Shown here piece after piece: positions 42,001-57,000 of a stretch of 64,000 bases of DNA; position 1 is the stretch's first letter, and each line of letters begins with the position of its first letter. A program made the translations under genes and the position numbers. The DNA is from Candidatus Omnitrophota bacterium. Its GTDB lineage: Bacteria; Omnitrophota; Gorgyraeia; Duberdicusellales; 4484-171. The stretch is taken from contig JBAWWL010000001.1 in NCBI GenBank assembly GCA_037146775.1, forward strand, positions 69,464-133,463, given 5' to 3'. The notes below the pieces were generated by a model that saw only the letters and a list, made by a program, of their open reading frames with translations, had not been told where the DNA came from and did not search any database.

Positions 42001-45000
42001 GAAGAAAACAGATCGTGATTGTGATGTATACTGGTATCTTGATGCTCAGTATACAGATAGATTTATTAAAGGGATTGAAGAATCGATTTTGTCTGGAAAG
42101 TTTGCTAAGCTATGTAGGCCGTCCAGCCAGAATGCCGTCAGTTCGCCGGTTTCTGACGGGATGCAGAACGGAAATCCAAAGCCCGATGATGTTACCAATC
42201 GTGACTGTAGGTATGCTTTCAGTGCGCAGGAGATGTTTGACGCGCCGAATATAAGCAATGAAGCCAAGCCATTTGCTCGGGAGTTTTCTTATCTAAGTAG
42301 AGACATTGAGTCGATTTGTCAATGGTTGTGCGATTGCGGAAGAATCACCGGTCCACCCGAAGGATTTAACGCTCGTACTTTTACCCTCGCTAGCCACGAA
42401 ATAGGTAAGCCTTTGCGTTGGAACAAAAATATTGTTGGCCGCAACAACACAGCTCGGGAATCATCGATACGTTCATCCATTCAAGCCTTGGCCTGTAGTG
42501 GTCGTCTTCATTTTGATGAGTTAACTCTTCTTACACATATAAGAACTAATCAAGTTCAGCCTAATAAAGAAGCTGCTTTTTTTGCCCATATAGAACTTTT
42601 TACGGAAGCAAGGATTTTGGCTGCTATTCCTTCTTATCGCACAAAAGTTTATAACCCGCAAACGCTTGTTATTGGACCGGGGGTATGCAGTCTTGGCTGT
42701 GAGCACTGCTTACAAGCAGATGTTTTGGGCAGGTATTTACTTGATCATAAGGATGATTTCAAACAAATGCTGGTTGAGGCGGATCGCGCCGGAATCATAC
42801 AATATGTATGGTGTATCGGCGAGCCTTTTGAGAATTTAGACTTTCTCTATGAGATGCTTAAGGTGATAAGTAGTTTAGATAACGCCCAGGAGATAACTTT
42901 TGTCTCAAACTTAAGTTTTGCTAAAACTCCCTCGAGTGCAAATAAGGTTTTAAACAAAGTAAAAGAGATCGTCGGCAGTAAGTGTCATATACGTATAGAT
43001 TTTAGCTGGGATTTAAAACATAAAGAGCGCGGCATCACGACAGAGCATATCTTAAACTTTATTTCGGCGTGCGAACAAACGGAAATGTTTAATGCATCCA
43101 TCTTGCAAAGAATTCGTTTTCCCGATGAGCGCATACTCGAAGAACTTTTTAAAGCCCTTGGCCAGAGGGGGTGGATGCCTCAAGAAGCAATAAGTTTAGG
43201 AAATACCCGAAACTGCTTGGTGAGATTAAATAATGGAATAAGCTTGTTTATCATGAATACCGATGGGTTCTTGCCCGAAGGTAGAGGAAAGCAACTGCGG
43301 AACCATGTTCCTCAGGAGTATGTTGTATCAAATGCCTTCCATCTTGAAATTTTAGCACCTACAGAAAAAGACTCACTCGGTGTAACTTATACACTTATGC
43401 CTAACGGAAAATTAGTTCCGACAAGACAGGAATTATTTGCCGGACCGGACGGTTTCCTTTATCTTAACGACAAGTTTATGAATCGCAGAAGTATGCCTTT
43501 AGGGTATATGACTGATATTAGTGGGGCAATTAGGAAAGTTAACCAACATCCTGTTTTGCGGGCGCTTGTGTCGAAAGGTCTTAGCTATTGCTTTGATGTT
43601 TACGACAGCCTTTTGCCTGATGAACGCAAAATAGATACGGCTAAACTGATAAGTCTTGAGCCGGCAGAGCGTCACATTCTCGCCTCTGGATGTTTCTTTG
43701 AAAATTTTGCGATCCGAGTACCGCTGCTTAAAGGTATTATTCTTGATAATATGTTAATCGGCGGCTTAGATGGCGTATTGGCCGACGAAGAAGTCCAATC
43801 GCTTATTTCTTGTGATAAAGAATTAAATTTTGATATTGAAGGTGCGCCAGTTTTTCTTAGTTTAACGCCGCAGACGTTGCAATGGCGTTTGCGCAGGCTA
43901 CAGGCTGCGCGCAGGATATTTATGCACGATTTAGCGCAGTTGCAGGGCACCCCGGCTGTGCTCGTAGACACTTTGCCTCAGGCTGGCGATTCTTATTTTG
44001 GTTTACTTTGCAGGCATATTAATGACCCGCAAATACAGGAAGAGGCTTGGCGCCAAGTCAAATATATTTCAGACTTAGAAAGCGGTCTGTATGACGCAAA
44101 AAGAAATTTAGAAGCAGATATATTAGATAGCTTAGTGGCCCGTCTTTTAGAGAATCCCGATTCTTTTTTACCTGATAATCAAATAAGCAAGGATAATATT
44201 GTGTCTTCTTCTATCTCGTTGAGTGAATTTTCTCCCGGAAAAATTATCAACCAATTCGCACCTCCGTTCTCGCGCGCTCTGAGTGTCCAGCAAACGAGTG
44301 AATTAGAAAAGCAAACCCGGTTATTAATGGCTGCGCGTATGAGTGAACTCTCAAGCGCACAGAAAGAAAGAGTTATAAACTTGTTTCATGGCTGGCGTGT
44401 TCAATATGAACCGCTTCTAGAAATTGCGAAAGGTCCCGCGCGGGGAAAAATTGCTACCATAGGTGCGCTCCTTGGACAAACGTGCGAGCATGCGCAAGCA
44501 ATTAAAAAAGGAAATGATAGAGAAGAGTTATTTCTAGCTCTTGGGTTAGCGGGGAAGCAGGAGGTAATCGATCTTAGGGATGTTTATGAGGCAGAGATCG
44601 AAAGCGTTGAGGCGGCGATTTATGCTGATTATCATCAGGATGAATTTACTGAGATACACCTGCGTTATTGGATCAATGCTTTAGCAAATGTTTTTAATGA
44701 TGATTTTGCTCGAGAATGCCCTAGGCTTTGGGAAGAAATTCCGTACTATTTAACTGGCGCAGGGCAGACATTGATGGCTTGGACGATTGATACGCTTTAT
44801 CGTAAGAACATTAAAGTTATTTTTCATCTGTGTGCGGCATTAGATATTCTCGAGCGAATGGGTTTTCGGCACGATTTTGCTCCGGAATGTATGGGTTTTC
44901 GTGGAGAGAGAACGCCTTGGAGCTATTCGTCGAAGAATCTCGATGCCGGATTAGTCGTTGCATCTGTCAGAACCGGTACTGTCTTGGAGGAAGCGTCGGC

Positions 45001-48000
45001 TGGCCAAGATAAAGCACAACAGTGTTTGACCATGCTTCAGGCGGCGCAGTCGTTAGAAGCTACCCCACAGTTTCGTCCCGCCGATAACGATCGCACCAGC
45101 TCGCCGGCAGACAGAGGTCAGAGGCCAGATGTCAGAAGTCAGAATGATGCTAGTTTATTTCCCGATTTCTATGCGCCACACGCAATGTGCATTGCGCTAG
45201 TGGCTAGCTCGCCGGCATTTTGGGATAAGCATAAGATTTATAAAATATTAAGAGAGAACCAAATGTCTTCTTATGATATGCAAGAAACTTCGCTGCCAGA
45301 AGCTTTTGGATCACTACGAAGAGGTTTTAAGAGGCGTTTCGAACGGGTTAAAGTGCGCAACGCCGTAGTCGAAATGGTAAGAGATTTAGCCGGATATCGT
45401 AGCTCAGATTGCACGGAAGGTATTAAACCTTGCTCGACAGTATGTTTAGGGGTGCCTTGTGCGGTAATTGCTTCTGGTGGTGAGGTAACTTTATTTCAAA
45501 GAATGATTGCTGTTTTGAAACAGTTGGCGATTTCCTTAGATTCTCAAAGAAAAATTAATCCTTATCAGACGCTTTTACGGTTAAAAGATTTTGTGGATAC
45601 TACTCTTACTTTAGATGAGTTTAGCCAGGCGGTAGCTGTGGCTAATGATGCCGCAGCCTGGTTCCATGACCAGCGTGTAAGCTTTGAGTGTACGCTACCT
45701 GAACAGCGTTGGTATCATACGGGAGTATTAGCAATAGGAGAAAGAAGCGGCCTCAAGCATGCTCAATTACAGGCGATTATAGGAGATTTAAAATATTTTT
45801 GGGCGCTCTATCAGCTTCTCTGTATTGTAGAAGAGAAGTGTTGGGCATCAACGTATTATCATATATCGGAAGAAAAAAGTGATTGTTTAGGATTTACATA
45901 TTCAAAGGCATATAGGAATGATTATAATTATGCAGGAGAAAATTCCGGCAGTGGTTTTCTTAACTTTAAACCATCGCAGGCATGGATTTGTGCGCAGATA
46001 AAAGCAAAAGGTCTATTCTTGCGCAATCTTATTAACACTGTAGCTCCTTTTGTCGATGCGATGCGTACCTGCGAAGTAGGCAAGCGTTTCTTTGCCGCTA
46101 TTGATGAAATGATGGCAAGCGCCGTTTCTACGCGGCCAGAACACTCTGTTGATATCGATGAAACATATTCAGTTCCTAGAGGGGGAGACGCTAGCGATGT
46201 ATATCAAGGGCAAATTGAGGATACTTTCCATTATGTACATGTTTTATTAGTTCCTTTTCTTGACGTTGACCGCGCTCGGCATATCTTAGAGGCGGTTGAC
46301 TATAGCGCCTCTAGCCCAACTGAGGTCGGTATTCTTTTAGAATGTAATTATAATTGGCTAGAGGCCGAAAAGCATATTCTTCTTGAATCTTTTTCTTCAC
46401 CAGAAAAGATTTCTGCCGCAGCCCGCAGTCTTTCTCAGGCTCCTCAGGAGGCAGCCTGGGGCAAAAATTTTACCCCGCGAATTTATTATGAGCTGGCATA
46501 TTGGGCTGGCCATCCGAATGAACACAGGCCAGAGTATTTTAATTTACTCAAAATTATCGAAGCTTCAGTACGTAACCGTTTACACATTATGTCCGGATCT
46601 AAAGAAGAAAGGTTTTTCCAGGAAATTTATTACCTGCCAACAGCGGAAACACTAACGGGAGAGGTTTTGTTTAGTCTTCCTGAGCAAGAAGCTCCATATC
46701 AAGAAGATTGGGAAAGAGATCTTCTCAGAAAAACATGGCTATTTTGCAATATCTGTATGGGCCAAGCCCAGGGTTTTTCTGGGCGGATATTCGCTGATAG
46801 CCGCAACCGAGGAGGAATGGATGACTGCTCCAATTTTCTTGTGCCTTTTGGTTTATGGGTGAGTCGCATTAACTTGGAACTTAGCTGTCAAGGCTACAAC
46901 CGGCGTGCGTTTTTTACCCATCTTGGCGGCGCCTATGGTATGGTTGCCCAAGGAGGATCATCTAGACAAGTTTTTTCTGCCGAAGAGATAATTCAGGATG
47001 TGGTCAATGAGTATAAAATTGCCTTAGCATTTAAACTCGAAGAAGATTTAAGCGTGGGAAGCGCTTGGCAGAGAGCCATAAATAGTTTTAATCTGACCGA
47101 CACCGAAGCTTGGCGTAGAAGATTGGTAAAATTAGAATTAGAAGTTTTATCCCGGCAAGGATTTATCTTAGCCACAGAAGTCAGCAAGCGTTTAGGTTTT
47201 TCACCTACAAGCGCAGTCAGGGATTCTGTCAGTTCGCCGGTTACTCATAGAAAAACCAAAGAAGCAGAAAAACAAGAAAGAAAACCTTGGTTGCGGCAGG
47301 TTGTTTTTGGCCAGCTTACCTTTCCGTGGCTGGTGGGGGCTGGCCAGCCTGCCGTAGCCGTCACACATAGCAACAAAATGTTTTCAGCGACGATAAAATC
47401 GTATCTTTTTAGCAGTCTGGCTAATAAATCCCCTCCGGTTGCAGACTCTCCGTTAGTTAGTTCTTCGCAAACATCTAACTCAACACCCAATACTTATGAC
47501 TCGCGATTAAGTAAAAGTAGCTCACCGCAAGCCGATATCCTTTCAGACCCAAGCCCATCTTTATTACGCACACTTGGTATTTTAGAAGATGAATATATTT
47601 TTGGATACTACAGGGAAATTGCAGCTCAAAAAGTTTTAGAAAAGCTTATTCCTTACATTAGTCGCATGGGTCAACCAGGATCAAAGTGTTCGGAAGTTAA
47701 TGCTTGTGATGCAATGTGGGTTAATTATCTTGTCTATGCATATCTTTACTGTATTGGAATGCTCAACGGTATTGTAATCGTTCCAGCTTCGGGGTGCGGC
47801 ATTTTTCCGGCTCTATTCTCTGATACCATAGCCATTGATTTCGCATCAAAAAAATTACGTCAGAGCGATGATATAACTACGGTAGTACGATTTATGCATG
47901 ATAATTGCAATCAAAATCGTCGTGTGTTCATGAGGCGGTTATCTTGGGCAGCCAATGCATGGGATTCAAGGCTTGAACCTGACGCTAGGAATATTAAGCA

Positions 48001-51000
48001 TATAGATTTAGGCTTAGATACTACCAGCCAGTTACACAATAAAATTTTAATTATAAAAGGCGCATGGCGTTGGGCAGTAAGTAAGCTTGATCGGGGCCTG
48101 CAAAAAAAATGGACAGAAGACGTTCTTACCTGCTGGCATATTCAAGGAGGTAGAGTTATTTTTCTTTCTTCCAAGGACGGTGATGATGGTATACGTTTCT
48201 TCGAAGAACTTGGCTATGTGAATGTAAACCCGGTAGCGCACGATCTTTCCCTTGTCCTTTCTAGAATTAAACAACCGTATTTTTGTTGGAGTGGTTGCAC
48301 TATGCTTCTTGTCCCTGACAGAGTCGTTATCCTCGAAAAGCCTTTTATAGTTCCAACTTTAAATACTCCAGATGCAAGATTAAGGCTGGCTTCTTCGCCT
48401 TTGCACGATAGCCAATTTGATGAGCAAAACGGCGGAGAGCGCGAGCTTTCGCTTGACGGTCAGCCTGTGTGGGCGCAGTTTAAGAAAATTCGAGACCAGG
48501 TTTGGGCGATATTTAGAGAGAAGAAAGACGAGATTGTCAGAAGCTCTCATCCGGACTGGGCAAGTGTCATGGGTTTTGTCGGCGGCAAACTTGGGCTTAT
48601 GGCAAATGTTTTGTGGGCTGATCATCGTACTCAATTAGTAATGGCAAAGCATCTTACTCAGTACATGTGTCAATTGTCGCGTACTAGACACAGTCAAATG
48701 ACTGCCGAAGAAAGAGCGGAACTCGAAGAAGTAGGAATTACAGAACCTGGAGTATATGTGGTACATCCTTCTCCTTTAGTAGACTTAAAAGAAAAGCCCA
48801 ATGGTAGAAAGGCGCTAATTTGTTTTATTTTACATGAGTATTTACAGCTTTTATGTGAAGAGCAAGGTTTAATTGATGCGGAATTCGCTTATTGGTTTGG
48901 TCATAGCGGTATTGAAATTATTGAGGAAGAACTGCGTTTTGCTCATGAGTTAGGTTGCCTTGAGCTGGTCATCGCTGAGCGCAGGCGTTCTTTAGAGTGG
49001 TTTAAGAAAATACGTAAAGGAATACCTGAAAGATTAGTAAAAAGATTTGAAGCGCTTTTACAAAGAGCTGGAAGCGGAGAACTATTTAAAGCCGCTCCCG
49101 GCCAAGGGCTTTATCTTGATATTGCAGGCCAGGGCTTAGAAGATTTTTATAGGGATTTTTCGCTTGATAATCTAAATTTCGTTACCAGCAACAGTTCGGA
49201 GGTTTCTTTGCATCCCCAAAGGCCTTACGCCTTTGGATTAAGAAAATGCACTGCCTGCGCTTTTACGGCTAGTGATGGTGGCATAGCGGTCGCGCACTAT
49301 AAACCGGATGCATTAATGCACCAGGCAAGAAATACAGAAACAAGGTTTGCCCCTTCTTTAGCAAAAGTGCGTTTCTTGGAAGAAGTATTTAGCGGGATAT
49401 TAGATTATCAGCTGCAAGGACCAGCATTGTCATGGATGAGAGGGCTGGTTATATCTCCTAAGACACCGCAAGTCTTAGAGACACATTTACGTTCATTTTA
49501 CGGAAACGAGTTTGTAAATCAGCTTGGTGATTATTGTATTACACCGGAAGATACAACCAATTTTGTTGCCTCTCACTTAAAAGGCGTAGCGAGTTTGACG
49601 CGTCAAAAAAACTATTGCGTTGCTCCGAGAGCGCATCTTAATGTTTTTGTTATGCCGGATAGACATGTTGTCGTAGATACCGCACACGAGCATGCCTTAA
49701 TTGCAAGAGACAGTTATGATTTTAATATAGACGAGTTTGATCAACCAACAACAATTAGTTCTTCACCGTTGGCTCAGCCGCTATACCAGTTTACCCCAAG
49801 GCACCTTGCTTTAATACTTGATATAGCCAAAGATCTAAGGGAGAGAACAGGGGAGCAAATAAGAAAGGCCGAAGCCATTCTTAGAAGTAACTTTTTAACC
49901 GACGACGTAGGTGGCCAGTTAGGTCAACTTCAAGGGCTGATCTCGGATATTAACGCTGTGATTGATAGGGTCTGCGAAGAAATAAAAAAATATTTAGTAG
50001 CTATTTGTCGAGAAAGAGATTCTACCGGAAAATACCTTATTTTCTCCGCTGGTTTGCATGTCAGAGGAGATGAAGACGAGGTCGTGAGAGATGTTCTTTA
50101 TTTAAGTTTGAGGCATTATTTACAAGGGCGTTTTTTTATATCTACGATCATTTCGTTGGCGCTAGAGCAGAATGCATTAAGCGAAGAAAGAATTATAAGG
50201 TTACAAGAACACTTTTATTCTATACGGGATGCGATAGAAGGTTTAGCTTCCTTAAGTGATATTGTTATAGAGGATGGTAACTCTTCTCGGCTTTTGGTGC
50301 TTTCTCAGAAAACTAGTTCGTCTAGTGTGGATAATTTTTCCACGCAGCTAAGACTGTTGCAATCTTTCGACGATAAAGAGCTGCGGCGATGGACTATCCA
50401 GCAAATACGCGATGCGTCAGTACAAACAATAGAATTTTCTATGGAAATTCACGAAAAGTTTAGACGGTTTTGCACCGCTGAACTGGCTGAAGAAGCGATG
50501 AGTATTTGGCGTCAAAGAGGCCGCGCATTATTGGAGCTACCGTTTCCAAACAGCAACCCTATGGGTGAAGGGCCTTATTGGAAGTCACCCATAAACCAAA
50601 TTGCGAGCTTTCTTGGTGGTTTGGGGGTAAATGAACAAGATTGTCTATTAGAGGTTGGCGGAGCAGATTCCCTGCTTTCACTTTTTATGGCACACGCATT
50701 TAATCTGCATGCTACTAGCGTAGAGGTAGTGCGCGCCTGGTGTGAATATGCCGAAATATACCGTAGTATTCTTATTGCTAAAGGTTCGGTAAGAGATGGT
50801 CAGGTAGAGTTAATAAATGATAACTTTATCAATGTAGATTTTTCTAAATATTCCATGGTTTATTATATTGGTTTAGGTGCATGGAGAAAGTATGAGTTAT
50901 TAATAAAAATGTTAACAGTAAGGCCTGGCTGTCGAGTGTTAATGTATGGTGATATTGAAGAAAAAATAGAAAGTCGGCTGCTCATCTATCCTTACTTTTC

Positions 51001-54000
51001 TATGCAAAAATTTGTTTTAAGTCGAAACGGTGAGCCTACCGGCTTAGGCGTTCCTCTGCGGGTGTATACCATGCAAGATGCTTCCTCGCCGCTTAGCGAC
51101 GCAGAAGATAGCGGTAGCGCTGATTTAATGCGCGATCTGCCTTTAACCTTAGCGCAGTGGTGGGAGATTATTGACAAAGAACGCCAGACAGGCAGACTTT
51201 TTGCCGGAATGGATTTAGATAATTTAGTCAGTGCTTTTGAGGAAAGTCTCAAAACACGTCCCAACCGTGGTGTCTACGCTATGGTTACAGCTATACATAC
51301 GCGTTTTGCCCGTATTGATAAGGCTTCAGAAATATTAAAGCAAGGGCTAGCCTTTGAACCAGAAAGCCAAATGCTCGTTGCTCTTGACCGGGAAGTATAT
51401 GGAATTGCAAGAATGATGCGCGATAGATTAAGTCCAAGGACTGATGAGGATAAATTTTTACACCGGGTGGTTGTCCCTGATGGAGAGGGCGACTGTTTTG
51501 CGGATACTTTGGGTTTTGACGGCCGCTGGCAGGTTTATGATTTTTCAAAAAGCCATGCATACATTGATACTCCCGCAGTGCTACAAGTGCTAAAAGCTTT
51601 GCAATGGAATATTCAAAATTACAAATATGTGGATGTAGTTATGCCGGATTTTTCACCCGAAAGAGTAGAATTAGCATATCTTGATTTTGGGCAAGTTTAT
51701 ATTGCCGAGGAGAGTATGTTACCCGGCGCTATTATAGATGAAAAAGATATTTTCTTTTTTGTTCAACCCGAGGAAAAGGCTTCGCGCAGCAAGGTAGTTG
51801 TTTGTATGACCCCTGCGTTCTTAGTCATTGAAAGAAGAGAGCAGATGCGTAGAATCAATAATGTTTTCGCCGGCGGCACCTCTTGTTTTGTGGCATTAGA
51901 AGAAAAGTATGAAATGAGATTTTCTGATGACGCAGAAGTCTCCAGAGAAACTCCCAGAGTGCTTTGCGTTTCTTTAAGTGAAGCTACTGCTCACGGCATA
52001 GATGTTTTAGAGGACTCGTTACTACGTGCTGGGATAAAAGCAGCAGCCAGAGAGATGCGCTGTCTTGATTTGCTCGATAACTATATGGATGAATTCGCAC
52101 ATTTAGAAGAATTAGACGGAATAAGCCCTAATGTATTTTGTATTTCCGTAGTTAATATGCGTACAGAATGGGCGGCACTAACCATTAGAAAAATTAGAGA
52201 ATTTTTTCCCGAAGCACTAGTTATTATAGGCGGTCCGTCTGCCCAGTATCCGGAACAACTTGCGGCATTAGTGGTTGATTTTGATTTCTTGGTGCGAGGA
52301 GATGGAAATGAAATACTTCCGGAGTTATTACGGCTTGTGGGGGGATACTCAAGACAAAGAATATTACCTCAGGCCGTACGGGAAAGGATTATGCAGCTTG
52401 CCGGAGGAATTATCTATCGCTCGCCTTTTATGCTGGTAAACCAGCTTTCACATACTAACCGTGCAACAGTCGTGCATTTACCAAAGCCTCGGCGCCGTAA
52501 TAAATACCATTATTTATATTTACGTTATGGTTGTCCGCATAATTGTTCTTTTTGTAATGACCCCATGGGCCATAAGATGCGTTTTGCCAGTATAAGAGAA
52601 ACAGTGGAGTGGTTTTTATACCGCTTATGTCTTGAGCCCGGAGTTGGCCAGGATATATTTGCTTTGGAGGAACGTCTCGAGGCTTCTGCTTGCGCGAATC
52701 AACCGCTTCAGTTTACTCAATTAGGCGGAAAAATAAGAATTGATTTTTATGATGATGATTTTGCCGCTGACGCCGCCTACGTAGAGGCATTTTGCGATGA
52801 AGCCATTAGGTTGGGTTTAGGGAATTATTTTGAATTCGCTATTGTCGGCACCAATGTGATTGATTTTTTTGAGCGCGGAAATCTACGTACCCGTCTTATC
52901 GATAAAATGTGGGATGCTGGTTTTCGCATGGTGCAATTAGGGACTGATGGCCTTTCTAATGCTGCCATCCGGCATAATCGCAAAGGTTACACCCTTGATC
53001 ATCACGTTATCCCCCTTAACGCATATCTACGCGAAAAGGGTTTTGTGGTTTGGCATAATCTGATTATCTTTCCTAATTACCTTACTTATGAAGAGGCAGT
53101 GGAATGTCTGATGCTTTATGTTTTATTGCCATTGGTTTTCCCACCAGAATTTAATATCGGTATCCAGGCAGCGCTCGGAACTCATTCCAATAATTTAGAC
53201 CTGATGCTTAACCGCCATAAGTATGATTGGGGAGAATTGGGTGCTCGAGTGGATTGTGCGATTAAAGTGTGCGGCGATTACAAGGTTCCCGTAGGTTTTC
53301 CCCATTACGCTTTGCCGGTTTCGCAAGAGTTGGCTTATACCGAAAGCGAAGTGGCAAGATTGGCAAAATTGCTTGATAAAAAAAGCATGCCGCAGATATT
53401 AGCAGAAGATGTTTCTGAAGCAACAGTAACGCGAGTTATAGGAAAATGGCACGATCTTGATCGAGCGCAATATCCCCAGATGTATGCTTTATCTGAGGCG
53501 ATTATTGATCTTGGCTGTAGCGGTATATCGTTTGAAGAAACGTTAATGCGGATTAAAAGTGAAATGATTTGTTCTGGGATCCATACTTTTACCGATTATC
53601 TTAGGCATTTACGCGGTGAAACTGAGGAATTTGCCCGAGTTGGCAGGAGTTTTGTATTGCGTTTTGAAAATGTTCGGCAATCTTTACTACAAGGTTGCAC
53701 TGAAGGTATGGAGCAGGAATTGGCAGAGATTATAGCCCAGCGGCCGGATGTTACTGATAGCTATTATTTTATGCTTGAATTATTAATCAAAGAGGGCAGG
53801 TTTCTTGAGGCTATGATGTATTTACATCGCCTGCGTCTGCAGAAATATTTTGCTCCTATGTACATGAAACATATGAATAACGCACTTAGCTATGTAAGAC
53901 TTAATCCGGCAAGATTTGATCACCCCTTATTATTCGAAGATTTACGTTTTCAGAGCCATGCCTTATTTCAGTGGATGATGTTGTTTGCCGGTATTGTTGA

Positions 54001-57000
54001 AGGGCTCGGTAATAAGAACGTGTGGCATCTGAAATTTCACTATGAAAAAACAGCCAGCCTTAATAAATTATACGATATTCTTCCTACTTTTAGCGTAGAA
54101 GACAGTAAAAAACTTTTTGATGATTTTGGCGGCGGTATCACACAGTCTTTACGCGATGGCAAAACCGTTTGGATGTTCGGCATACCTTTTAGTTTTGACG
54201 GGGGAACTCTAGGTGTGAACATCAATGATGCCAGGATTGATTTTGACAGAGCCCAGCCTTTTGAAATTGCATCTAGTTCAATCGCCGATTCATACCCGCC
54301 AATGCAAGGTTTTAGAGAAATCCACAGAAGACGCACACCTATCTCAGGCAAGGAATATGATAGTCAGCTGTATTTTGATAGTGAAAAAAGAGCAGTCTTG
54401 TGGAAGGTGGATAATGCAGTGTTTGTGAGGAAATCTTACCAATCTCATCCAAAAGTAAATTTTTATCTTGCCGAGCTAAATACCCCGGTATCTGTGGTTA
54501 TGGAACGTATATTTATACGTGATCAGGTCAACGGCGATGAAACGCTTATTAATATGTGGGAGCCGCTATTTGGACACTATCTTTTTACTCCGCCCGAAAC
54601 CACCGAAGGCGCTATTTTTGCCATACAGGATTTAAGAGAAATAATTAAGGATAGAGTTTTTATCGATTTTGGAGCTGAGGCAGGAATCTTAAGTTTTTTA
54701 GCTATAGCATGTGGTGCCAGTAAAGTTCTTTCTTTGGAAAGGGAGTGGAAGCTTAGAGATGAAATCAGGCATAACAGGAGGATTAATAATTTATATGATT
54801 GGCAAGTCCAGGATTGTCGCGGCTTTGAGAGTGTGTGGCGGGACGAAGTCATGGGGGCGGTTGTGGTTATTAACATGGACGGTTATTTCTCTCCGGAAGC
54901 GTTACTTGAAGTATTAGATAAAGGAATTCCTGCGGCCATAATATTATCAGGCGGGCATTATGCCAGAGAAAGATTAGATCCGGTATTAGAAATATTAAAT
55001 CAATACGGATTTTCGAACCGGATTATAACAATAGAACCATTAATTGGGATAAATCCATTAGAGAGCAAGCCTTTTGCTACAATCATTGCAACCCGCAACA
55101 TGCGGTCTGTTTCGGTCATTAGCTCGTCTGTTAGTTCCCCGCAAACACCTAGCTCGATACCCATGGCTAATTACTCACGACTAGGCAAGGCTAGCTCGTC
55201 CATAGATAATTATGATGAACCGTATTTAGAGCTTCACGTTTTAGAGGAATTGAGTCTTTTTAGGGAAAAGCTTGAATATGGGATGAGCTTTTTTAAGGCA
55301 ATTCTTTATCATGGCACAGGATCGGAATTTTCAGAATGGGACATTAACTTAACGAGTTCGCTCTCTAGCCGTTTAGAGCCAGCAGGTATTCGTTTGAGTT
55401 TTGCAAGAGATTATGCAGCTGGGTTTGCTATAGGAGAAGAGGCGAGAATTATTAAGTGCCGCGTCAGTTTAAAAAATCCGTGGTATGTTTCACGAACGCG
55501 TTTTTTTGCATACTTTCTATTTATTGGACAAGCGCTAGAGGAGCTTGCTTTGAGGCGGGGAGTTACTTCAGAAGATAAATTGTCGATTCCCGAATGCCGT
55601 AGCTACGTTAGGCAACGCATGCTAGAGCAAGGATATGACGGGGTTGTGCGTTGTGATGTCTCGTGTATAGAGGTAATCGCCTTTCATCCGCAAGCACAAA
55701 TTGAAGTTATAGAAGTATTTTGCGCTAGCTCAGCGATAAGTTTATTACAAGACACAAAAGAAAAAATTATAAAGGCGCTTGAAACTAAAAAAATGCCGGT
55801 TGATATAGCTAAAGAGCGAGCAATACCCGCGGCATTCTCTGCTGTGGATAGTGTTTTTGATATTCATACTCGGCCACAAGCATATGAGTTAGTTCTGGGG
55901 ATGGCTCTTGGTTTGATAGCTAAAGAGATTCCTGTCTGTAGTACTTTAGAGTATGGGGTGCCTTTGGCGATTCGTGATTCTTGTGCTTGTTTGTATGTAT
56001 TTAGAGAAAATATTTTTTGGCTTACCCGGCTTGCTGAAGATTTGTATCTTTCGTCGCAAGGCCCCATAGATCCTTACCAAACCCTTATTTTGGCGGGAGC
56101 ACTTTATGGCGAAGTTAGAAGAATCAAGACGTTTGAGGGTCTTCTTGAACGGGCCAGGCAAGATGTTAATAGAGCCAGGGTTGGTAAATATCCTAATGAA
56201 GAAGGGGTTATTGAAGTTAATATCGGCACGCAGGAAATTAGTGTTAACGAAGTTGATACAAAAGGAGAAAAATTTGATTTCAAAAATCCCGTAGAAGTGA
56301 GCCAATTTAAAAGAGAACATGGACAAGCTATTGATACAGCTTTAGGCGAAAATTGGAGAGACGTTCTTTTGGCTCAAATAAATCGTGATATTGGTGGAAT
56401 TATCTTGGGCCATGAAAGTGTTTATGTAACTTTTGCTCATTGCTGTGGTGGTACTGTGCAGGGAAGAATTATTGCCAAAGTCAAGATTCCGGCTTATAGC
56501 TTAAGAAAAGCTTTAGATTCAGTTAGCGATGGCCATTCTGCAAGCTCTCCGTTATTAATAATAGAAAATTTTACCTACTGGAGTAATGATTTTGACGGTC
56601 GTTACAGCGAGGATAGGGCGTATCATTTTGCTATTGGTGGAAAACAGGTATGTATTTCTGATCTTGAGTATGTAAAGATAACTATTCTTATTAAGCCTAC
56701 TAAGGTGATATACCTTGCAGTAGACCACAATACAAGTTGGTTCCATACTGTTTTGGCGTATAAAGAGGGCATGATCGGGGGTAATGAATTATTTGCACAC
56801 ATAGATCATAAGCAACATCCCGATGACCGCGCAATAGAGGCTAATCCTCCAGGTCGGTATGAGGATATTGGTTGGCACATTCAGCATTTAGCGCAAGGAG
56901 GTGCCAGTATTACCGGATATGTTACAGCTTTGCATAAAACATTTCCTGATATGATATTTTTGTTTCTTAAGCAATCAGATGGTGGTTCGGATGGCTGGGG

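Noticed and set aside
47281-47350. tRNA-like or tmRNA-like gene inside element B
   Set aside because: The structure is a hairpin with a large loop and no cloverleaf. It has no T-loop GTTCRA consensus or CCA end. It is translated in-frame with conserved peptide sequence in all three copies.
47221-47535. Intein or group I/II intron interrupting the ORF
   Set aside because: The element is only ~105 codons. It lacks intein blocks (Cys/Ser at N-terminus, HN-C/S/T at C-terminus) and endonuclease motifs. No homing-endonuclease or intron catalytic-core sequences are present.
51460-51530. OTU-like cysteine protease motif (VVVPDGEGDCFADTLGF)
   Set aside because: Only a short resemblance to the DGNC catalytic-Cys motif. 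No convincing downstream His motif or OTU fold features were seen, so it is not called as a domain.
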